The translations under genes and the position numbers were made by a program. DNA of 54,053 nt, counting the filler, from Sphacelaria rigidula (taxonomy: Eukaryota), in assembly GCA_964200075.2 (NCBI GenBank). It is 4 parts of 4 records of this genome, joined end to end, with 100 filler letters (N's around TTAATTAATTAA, not from the genome) between each part and the next. Parts side by side here need not be neighbours in the genome. Positions count along the whole stretch, not along the records: positions 13,542 to 26,981 come from CAXNAA020002885.1; 3 more parts are not named here. One strand, written 5' to 3'. Shown here one piece after another: positions 13,542-25,482 of the stretch (position 1 is its first letter; the number at the start of each line of letters is the position of its first letter). The notes under the pieces were generated by a model, which searched no databases, was not told the origin of the DNA, and was given only the letters and a program-made list of their open reading frames with translations.

Positions 13542-15320
13542 GCCACTTCAGCCCCATATTTTGTATGAACCCCAAAATATAAAATCGGCTGTTAATTGCT
13601 AAGGATGCTTTCCGAAAGGCCGGTACTCTGCTTCCCTGATTGGGAGGCAGTACAAGATGGCTCTCGCCTTTTTTAACTCCACGCTGACGCCAGCACGAAC
13701 AGATTTGGAGGAGTTTTGAATCAACCTCAGGTTGATGGCTCCGTCCGAGCCATCCCCTATATCAGCCGCGCCACCCTGCCGAACGAGGCCAATTAGAGCC
13801 CGCTAGAACTGAAAGGCGGAGTAATCACCTGTGCCATCAAGCGCTTTCGACATTATCTGTTTCACGTGCCCTTTCAGATTTATACGGATCATGGAGCACT
13901 CGAACAACTCGCCAAGATTAGCGTAAACAACCCGAATGTAAACGATGGTTGGAGTTTTCAACAGCATGCCAGTATACTATCAAGCAACGTCCAGGCAAAA
14001 CCAACGGGAACGCTGATCTTCTTTCTCGACTACCCCTGCCGTCTACGGTCGCAGATTCCAGCCTGGCATGCCATTTAACGGAACCCGATGAACCTGGAAT
14101 TTACCGAATTAGACGTTTTTCAACGCCCGTTTACGCCCTCGACCTTCAGTGCCCAGAAACTGGTATGCATATGGGAGGACCTCGCCCTCTAACATATGAC
14201 GCCGTCTTGGGTGGGTTAACACCCACCACTACCTTCGATTTTGTCGCATTTTCGGTACTCGCGCGAAGCTCTTCACAGAGACACCTACAGTCACCCACCT
14301 AATCTCCGACAACACGCGCTCCCGGTCTGCTGCCCGCACCACCACCCCGAGTGCCCCGCCGCCACCGATAACACTTGCAAATTCCACGAGCCACGTAGCA
14401 CCAGTCCCACGGACCAACACGCAACGAACGCTCCACGAAAACTCCTGCAACGTGCACCAGCCGCCGCGGACAATCTTGGCCGCGCACTGATACATCCCGG
14501 CTGCCCATAACGGCGCCACCAACATCTACCGCTCCCGAGCATGGAGCTGACGACTCAGTTCCTGCTCCCGCGGCAGATATTGACGTCGGCATTCTTGCCC
14601 CGTCGCCTATTTCCCCGCTGCCTACCCCACCATGTTTGGTCGGCTCGCCAGCGGAAGATCAACTACGCGATTATGTCGCCAGCTACTCTCACCGCGATTG
14701 GGGTCGCAAACAAAACACGGAACCGTTATGTTGCGCAGCCATCCGGTACTTACAACTTGACTGCCCAGTCCCTTTTCCATCCGCCCTTGACTTCGGTTGG
14801 CACACTGCCCCCACCAGATATCTCTGACGTATACGAACTCGTGCGTAAAGGCACCCTTTTTACTACGGATGTAGGTGTACAACTACTCGTGCGTCGCCCC
14901 ACACCTTTGACGGGGGCATTTTCCGTCTTCACCACGGGACGCCACGCACGGCTACTCGTTGACGAACCAACGCGCATCTATGTCCCATTATTAATGTGCT
15001 CCTGGGTCATGACAGGCTGTCACACAGACTTGTCGAGTCACCTTGACGTCACCCGCACCCTAGCGCGCTTAGAACGCTTCTACTGATGGGTTGGCACGGA
15101 AATTGCCACCCGCTTCTGGATTCGGCGATGCTTCAAATGCCAAGCTCGAAAAACTTCACGACAGGCAGTACGCTGGCCCGTCATCTCTATGGGACTTCCC
15201 AACGCGCCAGGCCACATTGTGCCCTTTGACTACTTTGGCCCTCTACCGATCACAGGTCGTGGCAACACCTGCATCTTACTCTTCACTGACCGCTTCAGTC
15301 ACCACGCGTCCATGTACGCG

Positions 15321-16464
15321 GGCGCGACCTATTTGCAGGTAGGTGGGGTATGCAAATAAGAGCGTGCAGTTCGCGAACGCCTCCAGAACCAATTCCACGA
15401 CATACCCAATTTCAAATGCTGAAGAGCACACGAAGCAACAGGAGGCGTACTTCACAGTAGCGCCAAGCAGGGCTGTAACACCTATCATATTTATTTTGTT
15501 GCAGAGCAGGATGATGTAAACGTAGAGCTAGGCGGCGATGAGTGTCTGCTCCATATTACCGGGAATCGTAAAATCAAATGTTCTTTTTTGGGGCGGGCAC
15601 TTCTTCAAGGCAATTTCTTAACGAAAAATATGTTGATAGTTGATAGTTGCTGCGGGATGGACAACAAGATATTAGCTGGGTGTTCAAGTGTAATCCTCTC
15701 ATGAGAGTGTGCATTACGTAATGGCAACCGTTCACACCCGTCGCAGTCCATGCACAGGAACGCAGTGCATCCGGGCAGATAACGACATTTGGATGCTCTG
15801 AGTACTATACACGGCCGTATAGCCGCAAGTACGGAAATTTGTGAAGTCACAACATCATTGTAATGCAAGTACCGTTGTCTGCTGCCTGCTGTGAGGACTG
15901 TACACTCACCATGTACAGTGGGCAACAGACAACAGCAGTAGTACAGGAGTACTACTGTACAGGGCCTATACTGAAGTGCTCTGAATAGTTGACAAGTGGT
16001 GCGATACAGGAATACTCCCACTACTCGTGCTGCCACTTGAATAACCTGCACAGCACACAGACACAGTGTACAGACAGGGTGGTGTCTTGTACAACAGCAG
16101 TGCAAAGTACGATATGGCGGTATTGTCGATGGCAAGCAGCTGATGGATACTGTAAACAGTCCGTGTCGTCAGGGCATCCATACAACCGAGCATGCGCGGT
16201 GCTTGGCTGGCCAAGAACACAAGACGGTTGTTTGCTCGTCAATATCGAGCAGAGCGCTCCTCGCTGCAGGCGTGTGTGGTCCCCTGCTTTACGACAAGAT
16301 GTTTTCTTTACTGCCCTGCTGTGGACTGCCGTGAGGCGTGATTGACCGTTGTTTCGTGCGCCCAGCATTTCGATTTGAAATTTGGTTTATGGTGGGTTGC
16401 TTCTGGAGGCGGTTGCGACCTGAACGTTCTTATTTGCATACCCCACTTGCAAATAGGTCGGGCC
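15321..16464. mobile_element. Non-autonomous Mutator-like (MULE) element nested in the gypsy A integrase
   Basis: Imperfect ~115-bp TIRs (GGCGCGACCTATTTGCA... / ...TGCAAATAGGTCGGGCC) and a 9-bp TSD ATGTACGCG (15312-15320) / ATGTAGGCG (16465-16473). Removing it restores the integrase peptide MYAVTAADFTAAGTADILIHDYI. Confidence 0.88.
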
Positions 16465-17130
16465 ATGTAGGCGGTAACCGCTGCAGATTTCACTGCCGCC
16501 GGAACGGCCGACATACTGATCCACGACTACATTGAGCACTACGGTTGACCGAAGCGACTCCTTTCAGACAATGATCAGCAATTTTTCTCAGATCTCTCTG
16601 ACGAGCTTTACAAGCTACTGGGCATCCGCAAGATTGCCACGAGCGTCTACCCTCCGAACGGTAACGGTGGTACCGAAAGAGTTCATCACACCATGGCCCA
16701 GATCCTCTCTAAGGTTGTCAATTACCGCCAAAATGACTGGGACCTACACCTCTAGCACATCATGTTGTTCTTCAACAACTCGTTTACCACCGCCACAGGC
16801 CTTTCTCCGAACGAGCTCTATCTTGGACGTTACCCTCGGCTGCCCATCACCGTGTTTGAGCGACACACGTTCGATGGCCACCAAGGATTGGATCAGGATC
16901 AGATATCCTATCACGAGCTAGTGCATTCACGACAACGCAAAGCGTTTACCCTCGTGCGCGAACAACACGTTATCAACGCCTGACGCCTGGAGAGATCTAT
17001 CACTGCTCTACAACTTCATGCACAAACGCCCCAACTGGAAAGTTGGTGATTGGGTTTGGATCTACAGCAGTTTGTCGACCATCCGCCAAGGCACCAGCAA
17101 GGCAGCCAATGAAAACATTTCAAGACAAAT

Positions 17131-18036
17131 TTGTCCCTCAATTGGACAAGACCATTCAAGATCCTGACAGCCGGACCATCGCCATCATCACCGGATGATA
17201 CACCCGTTGGTGACAAGCTGCTCTATCTCGACCTGCCTCGCGACTTCCAGGGCAAGGACACCAAACCCCGCGTCTCCGTGCACAGATGCAAACCCTGCAC
17301 GAACCCACATAATACAAGCGACATGCCCAAGTACCTGCCGGCTGGACTCACACAGTATGTTGTCAACAGCTACTCGACCAAGTCCCCGCCGTACCATATT
17401 ACCACCGAGGACGTGACGGAACAGCCCCTCCGCTTGACCGTGTCTACCATCTCCGGCCACCAGATAACCTGTGGCCGAGGTGGTAAAATTGCTGTCATGT
17501 ATAAGACCCACTGGCACGGTCTTCGGAGAGCGTCTTGGAAACGCGAATCCGACCTTGAATGGCATTGCCGTGCATTCCTTCTATACTGGACGAAATCCCA
17601 ACATCAGCATCTCGCTCACAGCAAGAAACATCGCAACATGCGTCGTGGCGCAGCAGCCCGCGAACTTCACCGCGGCCAGGGACTACGATTTGTCGCCGAT
17701 GGTGACGAACTTGTACCCACCAAGACTTGTAAGGTGAAGTTCTTTGCAAACCAGCGAGTACTACCCAAGGGCAGCTACCTTAGGTTCAAAGGCAGCGACA
17801 ACCTCTGGTGGTTGGGTCAGACCCACTCCGCTAACCTGGTTTCTGCCGACACATACATCGTGCGCTTCATCGATGACCCTGGACCCATACAGCTCAAGCT
17901 CCAGCCAGCACTATACACCACCAGCCCATCTGCACCACGCAGATCCTGGTGCCTTCAGCGCCTCAAGGCCGAAGGACTTCACCGCGGTCTCCAGCGCAAC
18001 ATCGACCACACCCATGACGTCCACGCACCGCTTTGA
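17131..18036 (+). CDS. Integrase C-terminal region of gypsy A: GPY/F-like motif, chromodomain and a further Tudor-like segment
   Basis: WTRPFKI; ISGHQ...VMYKTHWHGL..SWKRESDL (chromo-like); YLRFKGSDNLWWLGQ...TYIVRFIDDPGP (Royal-family-like). Confidence 0.7.
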   Translation: MSLNWTRPFKILTAGPSPSSPDDTPVGDKLLYLDLPRDFQGKDTKPRVSVHRCKPCTNPHNTSDMPKYLPAGLTQYVVNSYSTKSPPYHITTEDVTEQPLRLTVSTISGHQITCGRGGKIAVMYKTHWHGLRRASWKRESDLEWHCRAFLLYWTKSQHQHLAHSKKHRNMRRGAAARELHRGQGLRFVADGDELVPTKTCKVKFFANQRVLPKGSYLRFKGSDNLWWLGQTHSANLVSADTYIVRFIDDPGPIQLKLQPALYTTSPSAPRRSWCLQRLKAEGLHRGLQRNIDHTHDVHAPL

Positions 18037-18483
18037 ACCACGCTCCTTCGCTGCAACGTGTCCTCCCTTCTTTCGTATTGTTTTCCCACCCTTCTTCACC
18101 AGGACCCTACTCTACAACATCCACAACAGAACCACCTACATCGGACGACGATCGAAGAACTACTGAAGCCACCCACCATCTACACTACTGCAGCTCTAGT
18201 ATCCCCTTCCGGCTGGCGCTCGATTCTGTTGGATCACCGATTTTCAGTACTGATCTTGCCGTTTTTTCTCTTTGGATTCCCCCAGGTTGAAGCTCTGCTC
18301 CCTGTTGTACCTCCCTGTTTCCCCCCTCAGTTTTGCTGAGACGCCGAAGCAATTTTTACTTCTTCGTTGATCGCTAGCATGCAGAAGCAGTCTGTGCTTC
18401 CGGGTTTCGAAGCAGTTTTCCTGCTCCTCGAAGCAATGTATATATGCTTCCCTAATTTTGAGGTGTTGGAGTGGGTACGGGAG

Positions 18484-18939
18484 TGTTTCCTTACGTATGC
18501 TTTAATACTCGCTTATGACTTTACGAGTAAAGCAAAACCTTGAGTTTTAGCTGCTTCGAGGGTAAACTCCTCGCAGCTGTAATAGAGGTTCGTCTGGGTG
18601 GGTTAGTCTCATGAGGGAGCATACTAGCCTGTTGTCAAGCCGCCTCAGACCCGTCGATGAGTCTGGCTTTTATATTTGGTCCAGGCTAGTTTTAAGACTG
18701 TTTTAAGACTGCAGATCTGTTTACAGTTGGTCAGGTACGAGTGTGAACTTATATATGGCAGAGATGGTGATGGCTTGGGTGTATCTCTGACGACCAAGCA
18801 ACCCTACCTCACTACCATCTACCCCCTTCTTCCAGCAAAGAAGTCTAACACCAGTGAGACTGATCGATTGAGCTTGAGAGATTGGATTGAAAGATTGGGT
18901 ACTGTAAGGTTGAGACCAAGCAAATAAGAAGTGATAACA
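18484..18939 (+). repeat. Putative 3' LTR of gypsy A
   Basis: A G-rich PPT-like stretch (GGAGTGGGTACGGGAG) precedes TGTTTCC...GATAACA. No partner LTR in the window. Confidence 0.55.
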
Positions 18940-20949
18940 TCTACCTACGCGTGACATTTTGGTATCCTTGGACACATCAGTGTGAGACTGGTATACAGTG
19001 CGAGCGTACACTGAACAGTACCTTGAGGCTTTGTTGTACGGTATGTTGACTGTCCTCTTGCCTGCCTGGTGAGCCTGAGCTTGCCGTATACAGTAGCATA
19101 CCCCATCGCATCATGCGCGTTGCTTTCTGATGAGAACGTCAAAAACTGCCGATTTCTGTTCAGTTCTGTACTGATTGCGGTATCCCCATGTCAGGAAAGT
19201 TCGGCAGTGCTGTTCGACAGTATCTTTGCACGTTTGGCTGGATCCAAAGCGGCCACTTTCCGTCAGGTAACAAGAGTCATTTCAATCATGTGGACGTAGT
19301 TTAGAAACTCAAACTGTTTTGTTTATTCAGTCTTTGACCAATTCAGTACATGTTCTTACGGTGAGTGGCCTCTCTGCAGACAGCAGTCAGTAGAGCAGAA
19401 GCTAGCTATGATCGGGTTTGCCTGCCGCATTGCCGTCAGCGTTGCTTGAAAGCCATAAGACCTTTGCGGTCGGCGGTTGATGGCGTGGGTGTCAAATGCA
19501 ACGACAAGTGGTTGATCATGGAACCCTCTTCTTGTTCCCTCGTTGAGTCATATCTCACCCCGGCTTGTCATGCATGACCTCCTCACATCGGAATTAATTC
19601 TGGGAAGCTACTGTACCGAGGTGTTCACGCGGCCAGTGTGTGCTCGAAATTGCAGCATTGACGCACCCCTCTGCACCACGCTAGCAACAGTTACATCACC
19701 ATAGGTATATTTTTTCATTCCGCATGTCAACAAGGTCTCCACAAGTGTTTGATCTCTCTCTCTCACACACACACACCCCAACTAGCCTGTGGCACCTAGA
19801 TGGTCACATGTCGGGTAAAATCAACGATGAATAACACACCCCAAGTTCAAAATTGGATCTGTTGTTACTGGCGCAGCACCGCCCTTGCTGGCCTGTGTGT
19901 GACAGAGAACAGTAGTAGCGGTGACGGGAACATTGCTCTGTTTGCCAACGACATGTTTTTCAGCGCATAGAGGCGCGTCCTGTCTACAAAAGAGAGGCAG
20001 AGATATATCGATCTTCGCATTGATGAGGTCCATAGACAAGAATAGACGAAATTCATCCGCAGCTCGACGTTTTGGGGGGGAGCTGTGCGCAGCAACACAA
20101 TAAAATGCTTACCGGCACATGAGAAATTGGGTACATGCTGGTAACACCCATGATGCCAGTCTTTCGATCGATTAGTGATCGCCGAGCGAGGACACACAAA
20201 GGATGCGGGCGAGGAGCTTTCTCTCTGTCGTTGCTTCTCTCTCTCGTGATTTCGTCATCGACACGCGTGTACACCGCATTCGTTCGGAGCACCTTGCCAC
20301 AACTGATTCACTGCTGCAGAGTTTTGGGGGGGAAATGGTTTCGCCCTGTGTAACTGTTTCGCGTCATCCCTGCAAAACGATATGCCACTTGAACCTCATT
20401 TTAGAGATCGATCACATTTTGCAGGATCCACTGTTTATATATATATATATATATATCACGTTGAATCGACGAGGACATACTGATTTGAGAATATGTGTAC
20501 TGACTAGACGCAACAGCCACTTTCTACAATAGCCCTCCCTCACAAAGTGCCTGGTTTGGGGAGCCAAAATCTTCACGTAAATCTAAATGGGAAAAGCCGT
20601 GCACAACGAGCAGCTGGCAATTCCCACGATTGCGTTTGTTTTTTCGCCAATGCCGCCCATATGAGGCGCTTCATGCAGCCTGAATCCAAACATCAGGCGC
20701 TGTATGACCAATTTTTTCGCGACACTTTTGGGCTGGTTTGGGCGGGGGGCTGTCGTAGAAAGTGTCAACATCCACCCCAATCAATCGATACAGACAGGCG
20801 GCCGATGAGCACGGACGCGCTGTTTGACATGTTGTGCTGTGTATACTAACCTACTGTGTCTGCTGTGAGTGTGGGCAGGCGGATATGCAGCACAGGCTCC
20901 TGAAAAATGTGGTTGAACATTCAAATGGGGTTGAAGTCGCTTTCCAGGA

Positions 20950-21255
20950 GATCACATTTTACGTGAGACACTTTTGCACAAACAGCTGAACATTTCGCCG
21001 CAAACTCGGCAGTTCCATCGGCATTGATGCTTCAAATGAAAACATGTGTACTTGATGACAATATTTTACAGTTTCTCCGTTTTCTACCGGCTTCCGGGAG
21101 TCCCAGAGTGAAGAGCCCCGGAAGGCGCTACCGAATACCTCAAGAGAAAAAAAACGAGCGTCCCGGGGCATTCCGAGGAACATGTACAAATGTTGGACGA
21201 GAAAGTCGAAAACCTCATACAGCTTTTCACACCTTGACCGTGAATACCCTTGAAG
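20950..21255 (-). repeat. Dispersed repeat family R1, copy 1
   Basis: Its reverse complement aligns by eye with 44640-44960 and 53740-54053 (shared blocks GGGACGC, CTTCCG.GGG, CCCGGAAGCCGGTA, ATCAAT, GGAACT, AGTTTG). Confidence 0.8.
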
Positions 21256-21299
21256 GAGGCGTTCTCATACCAAACCCGACTGGTGAGGAATCTACCAGG

Positions 21300-21700
21300 G
21301 GTGTACACGTTACACACTATACGTTCACGTTCACGTTACGTTTATCAGGTGAAAACAATGTTACGTTAACGTTTCATTTGAAATTTAACATTACGTTCAC
21401 GTTACGTTCATCACGTGAAAAAACCATAACGTTACGTTACGTCACATATAACGTGATATAAAACATTTCATGTAACGTGTAACGTCTAGTATAACCTTAC
21501 GTTGACACGTGTAACGTTCGAATGTAACGTTTCATTCTGGTCATGTCGTGGCTGATTCACCAACAAGGCGTTGTAACGTGTCGTATAACGCGTGGCGTCA
21601 CCGTGTATGTGACAATGACGGTGGCCCATCCTATGTTTGAGCGTAGGCGCATGATCTGGTTGTGTAACGTTACTTCCTCTACCGTGTAACGTTCGTATGT
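21300..21700. repeat. Low-complexity ACGTT/GTAACGT array
   Basis: Dense (T)TACGTT / TTCACGT motifs followed by TGTAACGT motifs in the opposite orientation. Confidence 0.7.
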
Positions 21701-22162
21701 TTTTGATCGTATTATTTTCATATTTCCTCTTTTCGTTTAATCTTTTTGTTGCCGACCTTCAATTTTCAATTTTCGAATGCTCGGTCATTCCCACGACAGC
21801 ACATACCGTACATACAAGAGTTCGTTAACATAATTGAACGCCGGCTTGCGTCGTCCTGGTATTTCGCCGACAGAACTATATCGGGTACCCTAGTTTTTCT
21901 ACATACTTATACTGTACATATATTGACCCTTTTGGGACCGGGCCTCTAGAACAACCAATGAGGCTGGTTAGGAATGTACGAAAGTTCCATCTAATCTATG
22001 TTCAGGTTGTGACGAAAATACGCCGTCACGTTGAGTATATCATGGTGATGATTGGAGCATACCTTGGGATTTGTAGTGATGATATGGACGATGACATGGA
22101 CACACGGGTGATACCTGATATAGTTCATGAAGCCGCCTGGATGGCACTCCTGACTAATGGAA

Positions 22163-22470
22163 TGTTGTAAAGGCTGACAACTGAAACTGAGGCCAGTAAG
22201 ACTGGGGAGTCCCTCAACGGCAGTGCTCCAACAGTGCTTCCACTGACTGGCGTCACAATATCGTTATTAGTGCCAATGCAAGTGAGTGCTAGAAATCTGC
22301 TGAAAGGATCTCGGCGGAGTGAGTCTGGCAGCTGGGGACAACCTGGCATCACGGACGCGTGGAGAGGGTTTCAGCTAAGGCGGCTGCAGAAAGGCGGATG
22401 CCCTGTGATTGATCTAGACTGGGGGCTGAAGCTGCGTGCAGCGGGAGTTTGGAGGCAGGCTTCTACGACT
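22163..22470 (+). repeat. Putative 5' LTR of gypsy B, followed by a PBS-like TGGTGCGGCGACG at 22474
   Basis: TGTTGTAAAG ... CTTCTACGACT form imperfect inverted ends; a TGG-initiated motif lies 3 nt downstream and the gag ATG is at 22498. Confidence 0.5.
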
Positions 22471-25400
22471 GTGTGGTGCGGCGACGAAGCAAGGAAAATG
22501 CGATTCGCGAAGGTACGCTGGCCTGCAGAGGTTCGCAGGTAGCCGGTTACAGCTACAGCTGTGGCTACCAGCTCACGAGGTACGTCCACAGTGACACCCG
22601 TGATCATGCGGGAAGAATTGCGACATCCTCAATACGGGGACAGGTACTCAGAGAGTGCATCTCGCACTTTTTATACAACATACTTACAGTGTAAGAAGCG
22701 TGTGGAGCACGCTGGGTGCCGTGCGGTATCAGGTGGTGACTATGGCTCAATGAGTGCCGACTCATGTACAGAGAGTGTTCGCTCGTTTGGAACATAACGA
22801 GAGCACCATCACCTCGCCGCAATTGGTTGCGGCGATCAACAAGCATGCTGGGCATGCGGCGGGCGCCGAGATAGATCTGACCCAAGCGTCCGCGGCCGTG
22901 GCGAAAGCTGTTGCAATGGATTCTGGGGGGAAAACGGTGTTGGAGCGTGTGGAGCCCATCTTGGCTAATTTGGAGAATTACTTCACGGAAAATCCGAACG
23001 TAGAACTAGTATACCGTTCCCCCGATGGTGAGTTCATTCCTGGCCCGGCAGCAGTAATCACTAAGGCTTTGGTGGAGGGGTTGGCATCGGAAACTTTCAA
23101 GCAAGTCGTGCTTGTCAAGCTGCAGAACCAATCAGATTGGAAGGACGACCCGTACCTGGTGATGAGCACCGTCGTCGCCGAGGCCAAGGAGTGGCGGAAA
23201 ATAGAGATGTTCAGCCAGTCGTCCACCTCTTCGCTGAAATCTTCGCGCAACCATGGCTCGAAATCGGCTGGTCGCGCCGCGAGTATTACTTGCTACCGCT
23301 GTGGTCAGGTCGGCCATTACGCGCGCGATTGCCCAACGTCTTCCGGTGGAGAGTCTGGGCAGTCTAGTGACGCGCGCCTTCAGCGATCGTCAGCACAAGG
23401 GCAAAAGACGAGGTAATCATGGTGGCGGCGGCGGATCCTCCGGCGATGGAGGGTCGCAGGCGAGCCCTCCGCAGCAGCAGCCGCAGCAGCAGTAGACCCA
23501 GCAGCAGCAGGGGCAGCGGCGTCAGCATGGGCCTGGCTCTGGGTCCGGCGCCGCCGTAGGTGCTGCTGCTCCGCAGCGGGCGGTGCAGGTGGGCCTGACT
23601 TCTACAAAATCGAACATTGCGCCGGCGCCGATGGTTGCGCCGATGGTGGCGCCAGCGGCGACACCGGCAGCAGCACCAGGCGCGACGCCCGTTGACGCGC
23701 TGGTCGGAGGGTCGCCAAATTCTTGGTTTGCTGGCTGGGGGGCGTACCCGCCGGCGGTGCCGTTTGAACCTGCCGGGGCGTCATCACCTGCGCAGCTTGC
23801 GCAGCCGTGGCGTCAAGTGGGATTGACGGCGCATAGGTCAGCGGAAGAAGTTCCCGTGGAGCTTGCCGACAGATACATTGCGGCGGAGTTATGTCTTCCG
23901 AATCAACGGCAGCGTGGGGCCATTGTGGTTCGATCTGTGTTGGATTTTGGCGCCCACTTCACTAGTCTGCCGGTGCAGATGGTTGAGATGCTGGAGCGAC
24001 AACTCCCGGGTGTGCCGCTGCGCATCCTTTTTTCGCTCGGGTCGCGGCAGGCAGTCACAGCGTCAGGTCAATATGTTTCAGTCACGGAGCGTACTGTTCC
24101 GTTGCAGCTAGCCTTGAAGATTGCTTGGGGGCTGGCGCCGTTGCCTCCGATCTCGCTCGCGATTATGCCAGGGTCGGAGGGCGTTGTTATTCTGGGGCTG
24201 CCGACGCTACAGGACCTAGGAGTAGACCCGTATGAGCGGTTGAAGGACCCCATCAAGACGCGGATGTCTCCGCCTGGCCCGCACGTGGAGACGCCCGCCT
24301 TTTTGGGCAGTCGTCGCGTGAGCTTGTCGGTGGATGCTTTTCAGGAGGCTGGGGGGCAGGTGACCGAGAAGCGGGATGCGGCGGTGAAACGCTTAGTAGA
24401 GCGCGGCCCTTATATGTTCATGGATCCGGCGGAAGAGGAGTCCGCTCGGAAGGTCGCGCTGGAGGAGAGCGTGCCGGATGCTGTGGCGATAGGCCTCAGC
24501 ATCCCCAAAGCGGAACGCCTGCGCGGCATCTTGCATCGCCGCGTCAACGCGTTTCGTCCTGCGCTGCGGGGTGATCCTCCTGCGCGCGTGGAGCCTATGC
24601 GTGTTCAGCTGAAACCTGGGGCATCCGCGGTGAAAGTGAAGCCGCGGCGGTACGATCCGGTGAAGTCGAGCTGGTTGGCGTCGTGCATGGCGGCTCTTTT
24701 GGTGCTTGGGTTGATCGTCCGGAACCTGCAGGCGGTATGGTTCAGTCCGGCGATGGCGGTTCCCAAGAAAGATTCGTTTTGCCTGGTAAGCGACTACAAG
24801 GCCGTAAATAATCAAGTTGAGAAGTCGCCGGGTGTGATGCCCAATCAAGAGTCGGACATGCGTGATCTCTTAAGTGCTCGTATTTTTTTGGCAAGTTGGA
24901 CCTCGTCTAAGGTTATTGGCAGATGCCGTTGGTGGAGGAGGCGCAGGAGATTTTCACAATCACGACCCCGTTAGGCTTGTTTACTCCGAAGCGAGTACCG
25001 CAAGGCGTGTTGAATGCCACGGCATATTTTCAAGGTGTCATGACAGAACTACTTGTCGACTTGAAATGCAAGATATGGGTGGATGATGTGTTTTTTTTCA
25101 CGGATACGGAAGACGAACTTATAGACACGCTTGATGCTATCTTGGCCTGTTTAGAGAATGTTGGTTTGTTTGCGGCGGCGTACAAATCCACTTCCTTCGC
25201 TAGTGAACTCGTATGGTGTGGGAAGGTGTACTCACACGAACGCGTATCTCATGACCCTGTCAGATTGCAAGGCTTGTCTAACATGCAGCGCCCGGCGACA
25301 GCCGCAGAATTCGTGCAATTTCTGCAGGCCTTGAATTGGCTGCGTACCTCGTTGCCGCGTATGGCAGAAGCCGTAGCTCCCTTGCGTGTTTTCCTCGAAT

Positions 25401-25482
25401 ATCTCATGGCGGGTGCTGCGAGGCGGACGAAGCGTGTTGCAAAAATCCGCGCTATTCCGCCTGCATCGTGGACGAAGGGTAG

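Larger units (their letters stand above)
13542..18939 (+). mobile_element. Degenerate Ty3/gypsy element A (RNase H, integrase, chromodomain-containing tail, 3' LTR), 5'-truncated
   Basis: RNase H (HADAS, YISRATLPNEAN, FQIYTDHGAL, GNADLLSRLP). Integrase HHCC (HTDLSSHLDVTRTLARLERFY*W...RCFKCQ). Core remnants (DYFGPLP, YHP..NGG, TGLSPNELYLGRYPRLP). Many stops and frameshifts; RH-IN order is gypsy-type. Confidence 0.92.

Noticed and set aside
18945-19600. Possible decayed coding sequence after the gypsy A LTR
   Set aside because: Fragmented frames with no diagnostic motif.
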